Source: Ignavibacteriota bacterium (GTDB taxonomy: Bacteria; Bacteroidota; Ignavibacteria; Kapaibacteriales; UBA2268). Taken from it: DNA of 64,000 bases. Of this stretch, positions 35,579-44,164 are shown in pieces. The notes beneath the pieces are model-generated. The model did not search any database, was not told the DNA's origin, and saw only the letters and a program-made list of their open reading frames with translations. Positions within the stretch are counted from its first letter, which is position 1. Every line of letters starts with the position of its first letter. The DNA is taken from positions 6,083 to 70,082 of the forward strand of contig JACRLY010000021.1 in the NCBI GenBank assembly GCA_016219595.1, read 5' to 3'. A program made the translations under genes and the position numbers.

Positions 35579-38518
35579 ATGAGACTGAAATTAAATATTG
35601 ACATATCTAAAAAGAAACATACAATTATTTTGATTATCTGCATTAGTATTTTATTTGCAGTTTTCGGTTTTCTTTTTTACAACTACGTAGAAACACACTT
35701 TCGGGAAGAAAAACAACATGAACTTAAAGCTATTGCTGATTTAAAGATAAATCAAATCGCACAGTGGCATAATGACAAAATTGGAAATGCTGATGTGCTT
35801 GCTAATTCTCCATTCTCAAAAAAAGCAGTTCAGGAATTAGTAATAAATTCTAATAACTTATCCTTAAAAGAATCCTTAAAGGAAAGAATGCTGCTTTGCA
35901 AGGAGAGTTATAATTATGAGGATATTTTCCTTGTTTCTACTAATGGAAAGATGTTACTGAACATTGCAAATTATCATAATTTAGATATTACAGCTATTGA
36001 TAAATACTCAATGTATATTGCTAAGAAAAAAATATCATTCACAGATTTTTATTATTGTCCAACTCATAAGAAAATTCATTATGATATTGTATCTCCGGTT
36101 TTCAATGAAACAGGTATTCCGGTTGCAGCATTTATAATGAGAATTGACCCTAAAGATTACCTTTATCCTCTGATTGAAACCTGGCCCACACCAAGCCTTA
36201 CTTCAGAAACAATGATTGTTCGTAAGGAAAACGACAGCGTTCTCTATCTGAATGAAACCAGGTTTTTGAAAAATACAGCATTAATATACAGAAATTCTTT
36301 AAACCGTAAAGATTTACCATCAGTACAAGCTGTTTTAGGTTATAAAGGTATTTTTGAAGGTGTTGATTACCGCAACAATAAGGTTCTTGCTGATATCCGT
36401 CCTGTCCCTGGAACACCATGGTTTATGGTAACGAAGGTAGACCAAAGTGAAATATATTCCGAACTTTATATAATAGCCGGTGTAATCGGTGGATTTATAG
36501 TTATTTTGATTCTTTTAACCAGTGCCGGATTTTTCTACTTTTATAGCAGCAGAAACAAAAATATTTATCTGGATTTATATAATAAAGAAAAAGAATTATG
36601 GCAATCACAAGAAAAATTTAAAGTTACATTGGATAGCATAGGTGATGCTGTTATAACTACAAATACCAACGGTAATATTGAGTACATGAACACAATGGCA
36701 GAAAATTTGACAGGCTGGAGTTACAGGGATGCCAGGGGAAGAAAATTAGATGAAATATACCCAATCAGAAATGAAGAAACAGGAAATAAGGAAAATAATG
36801 TTGTTCAAAAGGTAATGAAACACGGAATAATTAAAGAATTAGCTAACCATACAATTCTAATTTGCAAAAATGGAAAAGAAATACCAGTTATGGATACAGG
36901 TGCTCCAATCTTTAATGCCGATGGTTCAATTATCGGTATTGTGCTGGCATTTCAAGATGAAACCGAGAAACGTAGCCAACAGCGGCTTTTGAAGGAAAGT
37001 GAAAAGCGATACCGTACAACATTAGACAATATGCTCGAAGGCGGGCAGATTATCGGACATGACTGGAGATACCTTTACCTGAATGATACTGCTGATATTC
37101 ATAATAAAAGACCTAAAGAAGAATTGCTTGGAAATAAATATATGGATATGTGGCCAGGTATAGAACAAACAGAAGTTTTTGTCAAAATAAAGAAATCTAT
37201 GGAAGAAAGAATTCCACAGAAAATGGTAAATGAATTTATCTACCCTGATGGAAGCATTGGGTGGTTTGAGCTTAGTTTCCAACCTGTTCCAGAAGGTATT
37301 TTTATACTCTCTAATGACATTACGGAGCAAAGAAGAGCTGTCGATGAGATTGTTAAAGCTAAGGAAAAAGCAGAAGAAATGAACCGTCTCAAATCGAGCT
37401 TTCTAGCCAACATGAGCCATGAATTGAGGACTCCGATGAACGGCATACTTGGTTTCTCCGAAATTTTACAATTAGAAGAAAAACTTGACATTGTTAGAGA
37501 CATAGCCAATGTAATAAATAAGAGCGGCAAAAGACTCATGAATACCCTTAATTCGATACTGAATTTATCTCATATTGAATCAGGAGAAGTGAAACCCGAA
37601 AGCCAAATTGTAAACATAATCGATGTTGTCTATAACAGTGTAGAATTAATCAGAAACGAAGCCGATAAAAAAGGATTAAAACTGTATTTAGAATCTAATG
37701 TTGATTCCTTATATACTCTTTCGGATGAAAGAATGCTTTCAGAAATAATTAGTAATCTTATTAACAATGCTGTTAAATTCACTCAGGAAGGCAGTATAAA
37801 AGTCAATATCAGCAATGAAAATATTGACTCTTTAGAATGGGCAATAATCGAAGTAACAGATACAGGTATAGGTATTGAAGAAAGTGATTACGGGAGGATA
37901 TTTGATGAATTCCGACAAGTGAGCGAAGGTTTAAGCCGAAGCTTCGAAGGTACTGGACTGGGTTTAACCATTTGCAAAAAGTATGTAAACTTACTGAAAG
38001 GTTCAATTTCCGTAAAAAGCAAAATAAATGAAGGTTCTGTGTTTACTTTCAAAATACCTTTGGAAGTTGAGAAAATTTCTGATATAATTAATAAATCAGA
38101 AGACCTTGAAAAACCTTTTAGTGAGGAGATTCATACTCTCCATCAGAATAAGCCTTTTCTATTATATGTGGAGGACGATCCAACAAGTATACAACTGATT
38201 GATATGTTTCTTAGAGACAATTGTACAATTGATGTAGCTACAAATGCAGAACAAGCAGTTAAAAAAGCTAAAGGAAACAACTACCTCATGATTCTAATGG
38301 ATATTAATCTTGGCAAAGGTTCTAATGGTATTGATGCTACCAGGGAAATAAGAAAACTCGCAAATTATAAAGATACTCCTATTATAGCTGTGACTGCATT
38401 TGCAATGCATGGAGACAGGGATGAATTTTTGGAAAGTGGCTGTACCGATTATTTATCGAAACCTTTTGAAAAAAATGAATTGTTCAATATAATTAATAAG
38501 TACATTAAAAATGAATGA
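35579..38518 (+). CDS. Hybrid sensor kinase: TM, extracytoplasmic Cache-like domain, TM, 2 PAS, HisKA, HATPase, REC
   Basis: 979 aa. PAS-like segments (FKVTLDSIGDAVITTN..., YRTTLDNMLEGGQII...). H-box FLANMSHELRTPMNGI. G-box GTGLGLTICKKY. C-terminal REC LLYVEDD...ILMDINLGKGSNG...DYLSKP. Confidence 0.9.
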   Translation: MRLKLNIDISKKKHTIILIICISILFAVFGFLFYNYVETHFREEKQHELKAIADLKINQIAQWHNDKIGNADVLANSPFSKKAVQELVINSNNLSLKESLKERMLLCKESYNYEDIFLVSTNGKMLLNIANYHNLDITAIDKYSMYIAKKKISFTDFYYCPTHKKIHYDIVSPVFNETGIPVAAFIMRIDPKDYLYPLIETWPTPSLTSETMIVRKENDSVLYLNETRFLKNTALIYRNSLNRKDLPSVQAVLGYKGIFEGVDYRNNKVLADIRPVPGTPWFMVTKVDQSEIYSELYIIAGVIGGFIVILILLTSAGFFYFYSSRNKNIYLDLYNKEKELWQSQEKFKVTLDSIGDAVITTNTNGNIEYMNTMAENLTGWSYRDARGRKLDEIYPIRNEETGNKENNVVQKVMKHGIIKELANHTILICKNGKEIPVMDTGAPIFNADGSIIGIVLAFQDETEKRSQQRLLKESEKRYRTTLDNMLEGGQIIGHDWRYLYLNDTADIHNKRPKEELLGNKYMDMWPGIEQTEVFVKIKKSMEERIPQKMVNEFIYPDGSIGWFELSFQPVPEGIFILSNDITEQRRAVDEIVKAKEKAEEMNRLKSSFLANMSHELRTPMNGILGFSEILQLEEKLDIVRDIANVINKSGKRLMNTLNSILNLSHIESGEVKPESQIVNIIDVVYNSVELIRNEADKKGLKLYLESNVDSLYTLSDERMLSEIISNLINNAVKFTQEGSIKVNISNENIDSLEWAIIEVTDTGIGIEESDYGRIFDEFRQVSEGLSRSFEGTGLGLTICKKYVNLLKGSISVKSKINEGSVFTFKIPLEVEKISDIINKSEDLEKPFSEEIHTLHQNKPFLLYVEDDPTSIQLIDMFLRDNCTIDVATNAEQAVKKAKGNNYLMILMDINLGKGSNGIDATREIRKLANYKDTPIIAVTAFAMHGDRDEFLESGCTDYLSKPFEKNELFNIINKYIKNE

Positions 38519-38617
38519 CATTATTGAATCATTTGTACAAAAAATTATACAACTGTAACATTTTCCTTTTTTTTGTGTTATATAACAAAATTCAAAACAA
38601 ATTTTAAGGGAGTATAT

Positions 38618-40246
38618 ATGATTTTGATTATACGTGCTTTGAAACGGCTATTTTTACCATCGTTATTTGCTGTATTATGTTTGCTGTTCTCTTGTATAAA
38701 AGGAGAGAGTCCGCTCAATCCATATACAGGGCAGACGGGAAGTATAAGAGGAATAGTAACTACAACATCCGATAACCCACTTGGCGGTATCACGGTCAGT
38801 GTAGGTTCATTAACCACATACACAGACTCTAAAGGCAGGTTCTTCCTTCAGAATATACCTGCCGGAGAACGGGTTTTGGTGAATTTTAGCGATGATAATT
38901 ATGCATCCACTCAAAAGGTGACGGAAGTGTTACCTAACCGTACAAGCGAAATTGATGCATCAATGCTCCTGACTGGTACAAAACAGAACCTAAGTACTGC
39001 GGGAGGTTCAATTTCATTTAACGGTGCTATTGTTAACTTCCCTGCAAATCCTTTTGTCGATAGTAAAGGTAATGCATTTAACGGTACTGCACAAGTAAAG
39101 GCAACATTCTTTGACCCTTCAAACAATGCTTTTTTTGGTTGTTTCCCAGGTGAATTCAAAGGAGTAAGAACTGATAATTCAGAGACTCAGATTGAATCTT
39201 TCGGATTTATCAATGTAGAAATACTGAACGGAGCGGAAAAATTGAACCTTGCATCAGGGAAAACAGCAACAATAACTTTTCCTATTTCGGCTCAACTCCT
39301 GGCAAAAGCACCGTCAACAATACCATTATGGTATTATGATGAATCACAGGGAAAATGGTTCGAGCAGGGAACCGCTACAAGAGTTGGTAATAATTATGTC
39401 GGCACTGTCAATCACTTCAGCAGTTGGAATTGCGACCAGCCAACACAAACATCCTTCATCCACGGCAGGGCTCTCGACCAAAACGGTAATCCAGTATCAA
39501 TGGCTAAAGCACATTCAGAAGGAATAGATTACACAGGTGCTTCGCAAATAAGTACAGACGACAACGGCTATTTTACATTAGCCGTAAAATCTAATTCAAA
39601 TGCAAAAGTTTGGGCTTCATATCATATATTTTCAAGCGTATCACAAAATATTTCAACTCCGGCTACAGGTGATACTACCGAAGTTGGTAATTTTGTTATA
39701 CCCATCGATACAGCAAATTTGTGTATGATTACCGGAAGATTAATCGATAACGGAAATTTCCCGGTTCAAGGAATAAATCTCCACCAATATAGTTCCAATC
39801 TTAATTTAATTGACTACTTGTATTCAAATAAAGATGGCAAATTCCTGTTCTTCGGGGAATTAGATACAAAATACATAATTGAAATTAATTATTTTACATC
39901 CGATTCATCCGGCGATACTCTAATCGTATTAACAACACCATCTTCAGCGACAACTGTTGATTTGGGAGATATAAAACTCAACATCGGCGGTGCCACTGTA
40001 TTAGGAAGAGTGGTTGATTCACTTTTGTCTCCACTGGAAAATATATATGTTTATTCTGCAGAAGGAGGCTCAAACCAGGGGAGGGAATACAGAACTGATT
40101 CAACAGGTGTATTCTCACTTTGGGTAAGACCGGACAAATCATTTAAAATATATCTAATGGGTAAAAACCAGAAAAGTAAAACCATTAACGCTTCAAGCGG
40201 AGCCTTGGGTTCAACTACCAATATGGGTGATATTATATTTCCTTAG
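38618..40246 (+). CDS. Lipoprotein with about four CarboxypepD_reg-like domains
   Basis: Lipobox LLFSC. Repeated G.I.G.V.D..G.P......V......T.TD..G.F.L pattern (e.g. GSIRGIVTTTSDNPLGGITVSVGSLTTYTDSKGRFFLQNIP). Start set to the ATG at 38618, which follows SD AAGGGAG; the track start is an upstream TTG. Confidence 0.7.
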   Translation: MILIIRALKRLFLPSLFAVLCLLFSCIKGESPLNPYTGQTGSIRGIVTTTSDNPLGGITVSVGSLTTYTDSKGRFFLQNIPAGERVLVNFSDDNYASTQKVTEVLPNRTSEIDASMLLTGTKQNLSTAGGSISFNGAIVNFPANPFVDSKGNAFNGTAQVKATFFDPSNNAFFGCFPGEFKGVRTDNSETQIESFGFINVEILNGAEKLNLASGKTATITFPISAQLLAKAPSTIPLWYYDESQGKWFEQGTATRVGNNYVGTVNHFSSWNCDQPTQTSFIHGRALDQNGNPVSMAKAHSEGIDYTGASQISTDDNGYFTLAVKSNSNAKVWASYHIFSSVSQNISTPATGDTTEVGNFVIPIDTANLCMITGRLIDNGNFPVQGINLHQYSSNLNLIDYLYSNKDGKFLFFGELDTKYIIEINYFTSDSSGDTLIVLTTPSSATTVDLGDIKLNIGGATVLGRVVDSLLSPLENIYVYSAEGGSNQGREYRTDSTGVFSLWVRPDKSFKIYLMGKNQKSKTINASSGALGSTTNMGDIIFP

Positions 40247-40306
40247 TAATATTTTAGCATTTATCTGAATTAAAAAGAATCAGATAAATCTAACTGAATT
40301 TTAATT

Positions 40307-40338
40307 GAGACAGGTTTCTTACCTGTCTCTTTTTTTTA
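40307..40338 (+). terminator. Rho-independent terminator
   Basis: GAGACAGGT (40307-40315) pairs with ACCTGTCTC (40321-40329) around a 5-nt loop, followed by a T8 run. Confidence 0.85.
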
Positions 40339-40466
40339 TTCTTGCCTTAAAGGGAAAAAAAATCAAGACAATTAAATCTGAAATTTTGTATAATAATTAT
40401 TTATTCATATTATTACAAAATTGAAAAAAAGGATTTCTTTGACAGAAAAAATTGTAAAAATGTGAA

Positions 40467-43370
40467 ATGCAGCATAAAGAAATGGTTAACCGGAAATTAA
40501 TATCAATTTTGCTAATATTAATTAGCTTTACGTACATATCTTATTCGCAGGATTCTCTCAGCAGCAGAGCTTTTAATATTATTACCCGCGGGCTGAAAGC
40601 AAATGAAATGAATTTCAACGATGTCTGGCTCCCGATTGATACAACAGAAAATAATTATCACAAGTTGTATTTATTCGATACCTTATTCAGTTTCCCGCTA
40701 CATTCTGTCGATATTGTAAAAGAACATGCCAACTTTCTGCTTAACCTTAACGGAGCCAATTTTGATAAATATTTTGAAAAAATATTCGACCAGTTGGAAT
40801 TCAGAAAATATCAGCCGATTTACTATGAAAATAATCTTTCGACTAAGGAAATTGACGGTGAGTTGGGATTCGGAACAGATACGACTCTTGGGAATGAGGG
40901 TGGACAAATGTTCAGGATGTTCATTTCACCAGTAATTCAAATTAAGCAATTGCTCTCGGAAGATTTCCTTTGTAAAAATGGTGTAAGGCTTTCTTTTCTT
41001 AAGGATAATTATAAGATGGTTTTAATTGGTTCGCAAATCGGGGGTTTAAACATCGGATTTGATTCATTGCAAAAAATATCAAAAGACTTCTTTATTTATT
41101 CTCAATCGGCTAATCGTTCAATGATTTATTCAAACGGTATTTCATTATATAAAACACTGATGAAACTGGCACAAATAGCCAAAGTCAATGTTGATATGTT
41201 AAAGAACAATATTAAAACAAAAGTATTGGAAACTCCATACGGAAAAGTGGCATTAGGTGGTGTGGGAAATGACAAATATGAAGGTGATTTCACAGCAATA
41301 CTCGATATAGGAGGTGATGATAATTATTCTATATCAAATTCAGGAAATGGAAATAATTCTAATACTAAATTTATTGTTGATTTATCAGGTAATGATACAT
41401 ATTCGGGAGCAGATTTCTCTCTGGGAGGGACATCATTCGGAATAAATATTATGATTGACCTCGAAGGAAATGACACTTATAATTCTGATAATTTTACACT
41501 TGGTACCGGGATATTCGGTGTAGGCATACTTCAGGATTTATCTGGAGATGATAAATATTCGGGTAAAATAATGGCTCAAGGTGCCTCTGCATTTGGTATT
41601 GGATTATTACTCGATAGTTCCGGAAATGATGTGTATGATTTAAAGGGTTTTGGTCAGGGATTGGCTTTATCAAAAGGATTCGCAGCATTAGTTGATAATT
41701 TCGGTAAGGATACATATCATACTTTGTATTTTGTTAACCCAGACTCTATGCCTTCTATATCATTTGCACAGGGAGCCTCAGCAGGTTATTATCCATACGC
41801 ATCAGGTGGAATTGGATTACTTATTGATGGAAGGGGAAATGACCAATACACGACAGGAATCTGCAGCCAGGGTTTCGGTTATTGGTTTGGATTGGGTGGA
41901 TTATACGATTTTAACGGTAATGATGATTATATATCATATCAATATTCTGAAGGTTCTTCGATTAATAACGGAATTGGATTATTATTAGATAATCAGGGTA
42001 ATGATTCATATGAATCTGAAAGTTATTCACAGGCATTTGCTGTCGAAAATAGTTTTGCAATGCTGCTCGATGATTTCGGGAATGATAATTTCAAAGTTTA
42101 TAATCAGCCAAAGAATGAACCGGTTGCAACTGAACCCTCGCTTTCATTCTTAGTCGATGCTTACGGTAGTTCTACATTTAGCAATTACTTAGTAATAGAC
42201 AGCGAATCGATTGCGAATAAATGGGATGGAATATCAGTTGAAAATAGTAAAAATGATGTATCATTTTATATAAAAAAAGGAATTGCTCCAGTTAATTTAA
42301 CGCATAATATAAGGGAAACCTACGGTAGATTCAATTTGTGTATGAGAGATACATCTTCTATAGATTTTTATAATATTTTACCATCGATTAATCATGATAT
42401 ATACAAAACGAAATTTGTATATGACATAAACCTTTTCGATTTTGAAAGGAAGCTGATTTCGTCAAATTCAAAAATCGATTCAATTGAATTTACCAAAACA
42501 ATAAATAATATGTCCTCTGTGGAATTATATTGGAGTGTGCTGGACGGCAGACAAAATGCAGAAGGAATTGAGTTATTAAAAAATAAGTTAATTGAAAATA
42601 CCACACCATTCGAATTTTTATCAGGTAAATATGGAACCGAATCATTGTTCGAAAGAAGGATACTCTCGGATATTCTGGATGGACTTCTGAAAAAGGGTTC
42701 ATTACCTTTGAAGAACAGTCTAATTGATTCATCTGAATCCAAAAATGCAAGAGTGCTTTTGCTTTGTCTGAAACTGATGTCTGAAAATAAAATTTTTGAT
42801 ATCGTACGACCAATTGCAGAATTGTCAAAAAACAGCTCGTGGAGATTAAGAGCAGAATCTGCGGAGTCTATAGGTAAATTGGGAGCTAACACTCAGATTG
42901 ATATTCTTTTTTCCTTACTTGAAGACAGCAATCCATATGTACGTGCTTCAGCAGTATATTCTCTCGGAAGACTAATGCCTGATGATATTTTGAACCGGAT
43001 TCATTTATCTTTTTATGATGATTTCTTATATGTAAGGGAAAAAGCACTAAAAGGTCTTACATTAAACCGCCAGCTTCCTTTATTGTTCATATTGCAGAGT
43101 TTAAGCACCGATATACCAGTGACAGCCAAATTCAAATTTGCATCATTTGTAACTACTTCAAAATTTTCCAAAAAAGAAATGAAAGTATTTCAGGAAAAAT
43201 TTTATAATTTACCAGTGAATATCAGAAAGATAGTTTATAATTCAATTTATAATTCAGGAACTAATACATGGATAAAAAAATTAAAGGAATTAGGTAAGAA
43301 AGAACCAGATACTGATTTACAAAATATGATAGACAGAATTTTAACAACAATAAAAAAGAAGAAAAAATAA
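40467..43370 (+). CDS. Secreted large repeat protein: about 10 G-(N/D)-D-x-Y repeats plus C-terminal HEAT-like repeats
   Basis: Signal peptide. Repeats LSGNDTYSG, LEGNDTYNS, LSGDDKYSG, SSGNDVYDL, GRGNDQYTT, FNGNDDYIS, NQGNDSYES, DFGNDNFKV at spacings of about 20-28 aa. C-terminal SSWRLRAESAESIGKLG...DSNPYVRASAVYSLGRL (HEAT/PBS-lyase-like). Confidence 0.7.
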   Translation: MQHKEMVNRKLISILLILISFTYISYSQDSLSSRAFNIITRGLKANEMNFNDVWLPIDTTENNYHKLYLFDTLFSFPLHSVDIVKEHANFLLNLNGANFDKYFEKIFDQLEFRKYQPIYYENNLSTKEIDGELGFGTDTTLGNEGGQMFRMFISPVIQIKQLLSEDFLCKNGVRLSFLKDNYKMVLIGSQIGGLNIGFDSLQKISKDFFIYSQSANRSMIYSNGISLYKTLMKLAQIAKVNVDMLKNNIKTKVLETPYGKVALGGVGNDKYEGDFTAILDIGGDDNYSISNSGNGNNSNTKFIVDLSGNDTYSGADFSLGGTSFGINIMIDLEGNDTYNSDNFTLGTGIFGVGILQDLSGDDKYSGKIMAQGASAFGIGLLLDSSGNDVYDLKGFGQGLALSKGFAALVDNFGKDTYHTLYFVNPDSMPSISFAQGASAGYYPYASGGIGLLIDGRGNDQYTTGICSQGFGYWFGLGGLYDFNGNDDYISYQYSEGSSINNGIGLLLDNQGNDSYESESYSQAFAVENSFAMLLDDFGNDNFKVYNQPKNEPVATEPSLSFLVDAYGSSTFSNYLVIDSESIANKWDGISVENSKNDVSFYIKKGIAPVNLTHNIRETYGRFNLCMRDTSSIDFYNILPSINHDIYKTKFVYDINLFDFERKLISSNSKIDSIEFTKTINNMSSVELYWSVLDGRQNAEGIELLKNKLIENTTPFEFLSGKYGTESLFERRILSDILDGLLKKGSLPLKNSLIDSSESKNARVLLLCLKLMSENKIFDIVRPIAELSKNSSWRLRAESAESIGKLGANTQIDILFSLLEDSNPYVRASAVYSLGRLMPDDILNRIHLSFYDDFLYVREKALKGLTLNRQLPLLFILQSLSTDIPVTAKFKFASFVTTSKFSKKEMKVFQEKFYNLPVNIRKIVYNSIYNSGTNTWIKKLKELGKKEPDTDLQNMIDRILTTIKKKKK

Positions 43371-43444
43371 TTTCGGATTTGTTATATTAAGGAAGTGATA
43401 AAAAATAATATAAATATTATTGATAATAAAAATAAAAAATATAT

Positions 43445-44014
43445 ATGCCGACAACTAAGAAAAAACTAATCGTACTGTCCTCTCCCAGCGGAGGAGGCAA
43501 ATCAACGGTAGCGAGATTCCTGCTGAGGACATTTCCTCAGCTTCAGTTCTCGATTTCGGCAACTACACGTCCCAAAAGACCAAGGGAACAGCAGGGACGG
43601 GAATATTATTTTATGGACATACCTGAATTTTTCCGGAAATTGCAGAATAATGAGATGATTGAGTCAGAAGAAATTTTCGGGCAATACTATGGCACTCTGA
43701 AAAGTGAAATTGACAAAGCTATAAACCAGGGAAAAATTCTTGTGTTCGATGTCGATGTGAAGGGAGCATTATCGCTGAAGCTGACATATCCAAGGGAATC
43801 GGTTCTAATATTTCTTAAACCTGCTAATATGGAAGCACTCGAGCAAAGACTCAGGAAAAGACATACGGAATCCGAAGAGCAAATCCAGGTAAGACTCAAG
43901 AGAGTCGAGATGGAAATCGGAAAAAGCACTGAATTCGACCATATTATTATAAATGATGTATTAGCTGATACTTTCGAAGAGGTAAAAAGTATTGTCGAGA
44001 AATACATTTTATAA
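43445..44014 (+). CDS. gmk: Guanylate kinase
   Basis: P-loop SSPSGGGKST. ATTRPKRPREQQGREYYF. 189 aa. Confidence 0.95.
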   Translation: MPTTKKKLIVLSSPSGGGKSTVARFLLRTFPQLQFSISATTRPKRPREQQGREYYFMDIPEFFRKLQNNEMIESEEIFGQYYGTLKSEIDKAINQGKILVFDVDVKGALSLKLTYPRESVLIFLKPANMEALEQRLRKRHTESEEQIQVRLKRVEMEIGKSTEFDHIIINDVLADTFEEVKSIVEKYIL

Positions 44015-44064
44015 ATAAATTTTATTAATTGCTCTGCAAACCTTAATTTTGCAGTCTCGATTTT

Positions 44065-44139
44065 CGGCGTGTAGCGCAGCCCGGTTAGCGCACTACTTTG
44101 GGGTAGTAGGGGTCGGCAGTTCGAATCTGCCCACGCCGA
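44065..44139 (+). tRNA. tRNA-Pro (anticodon GGG)
   Basis: Hand-folded cloverleaf. Acceptor CGGCGTG/CACGCCG. D arm GCGC-AGCCCGGTTA-GCGC. Anticodon arm CTACT-TTGGGGT-AGTAG. T arm GGCAG-TTCGAAT-CTGCC. No encoded CCA. Confidence 0.9.
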
Positions 44140-44164
44140 CGATGATTATACAAATATCCTTTTC

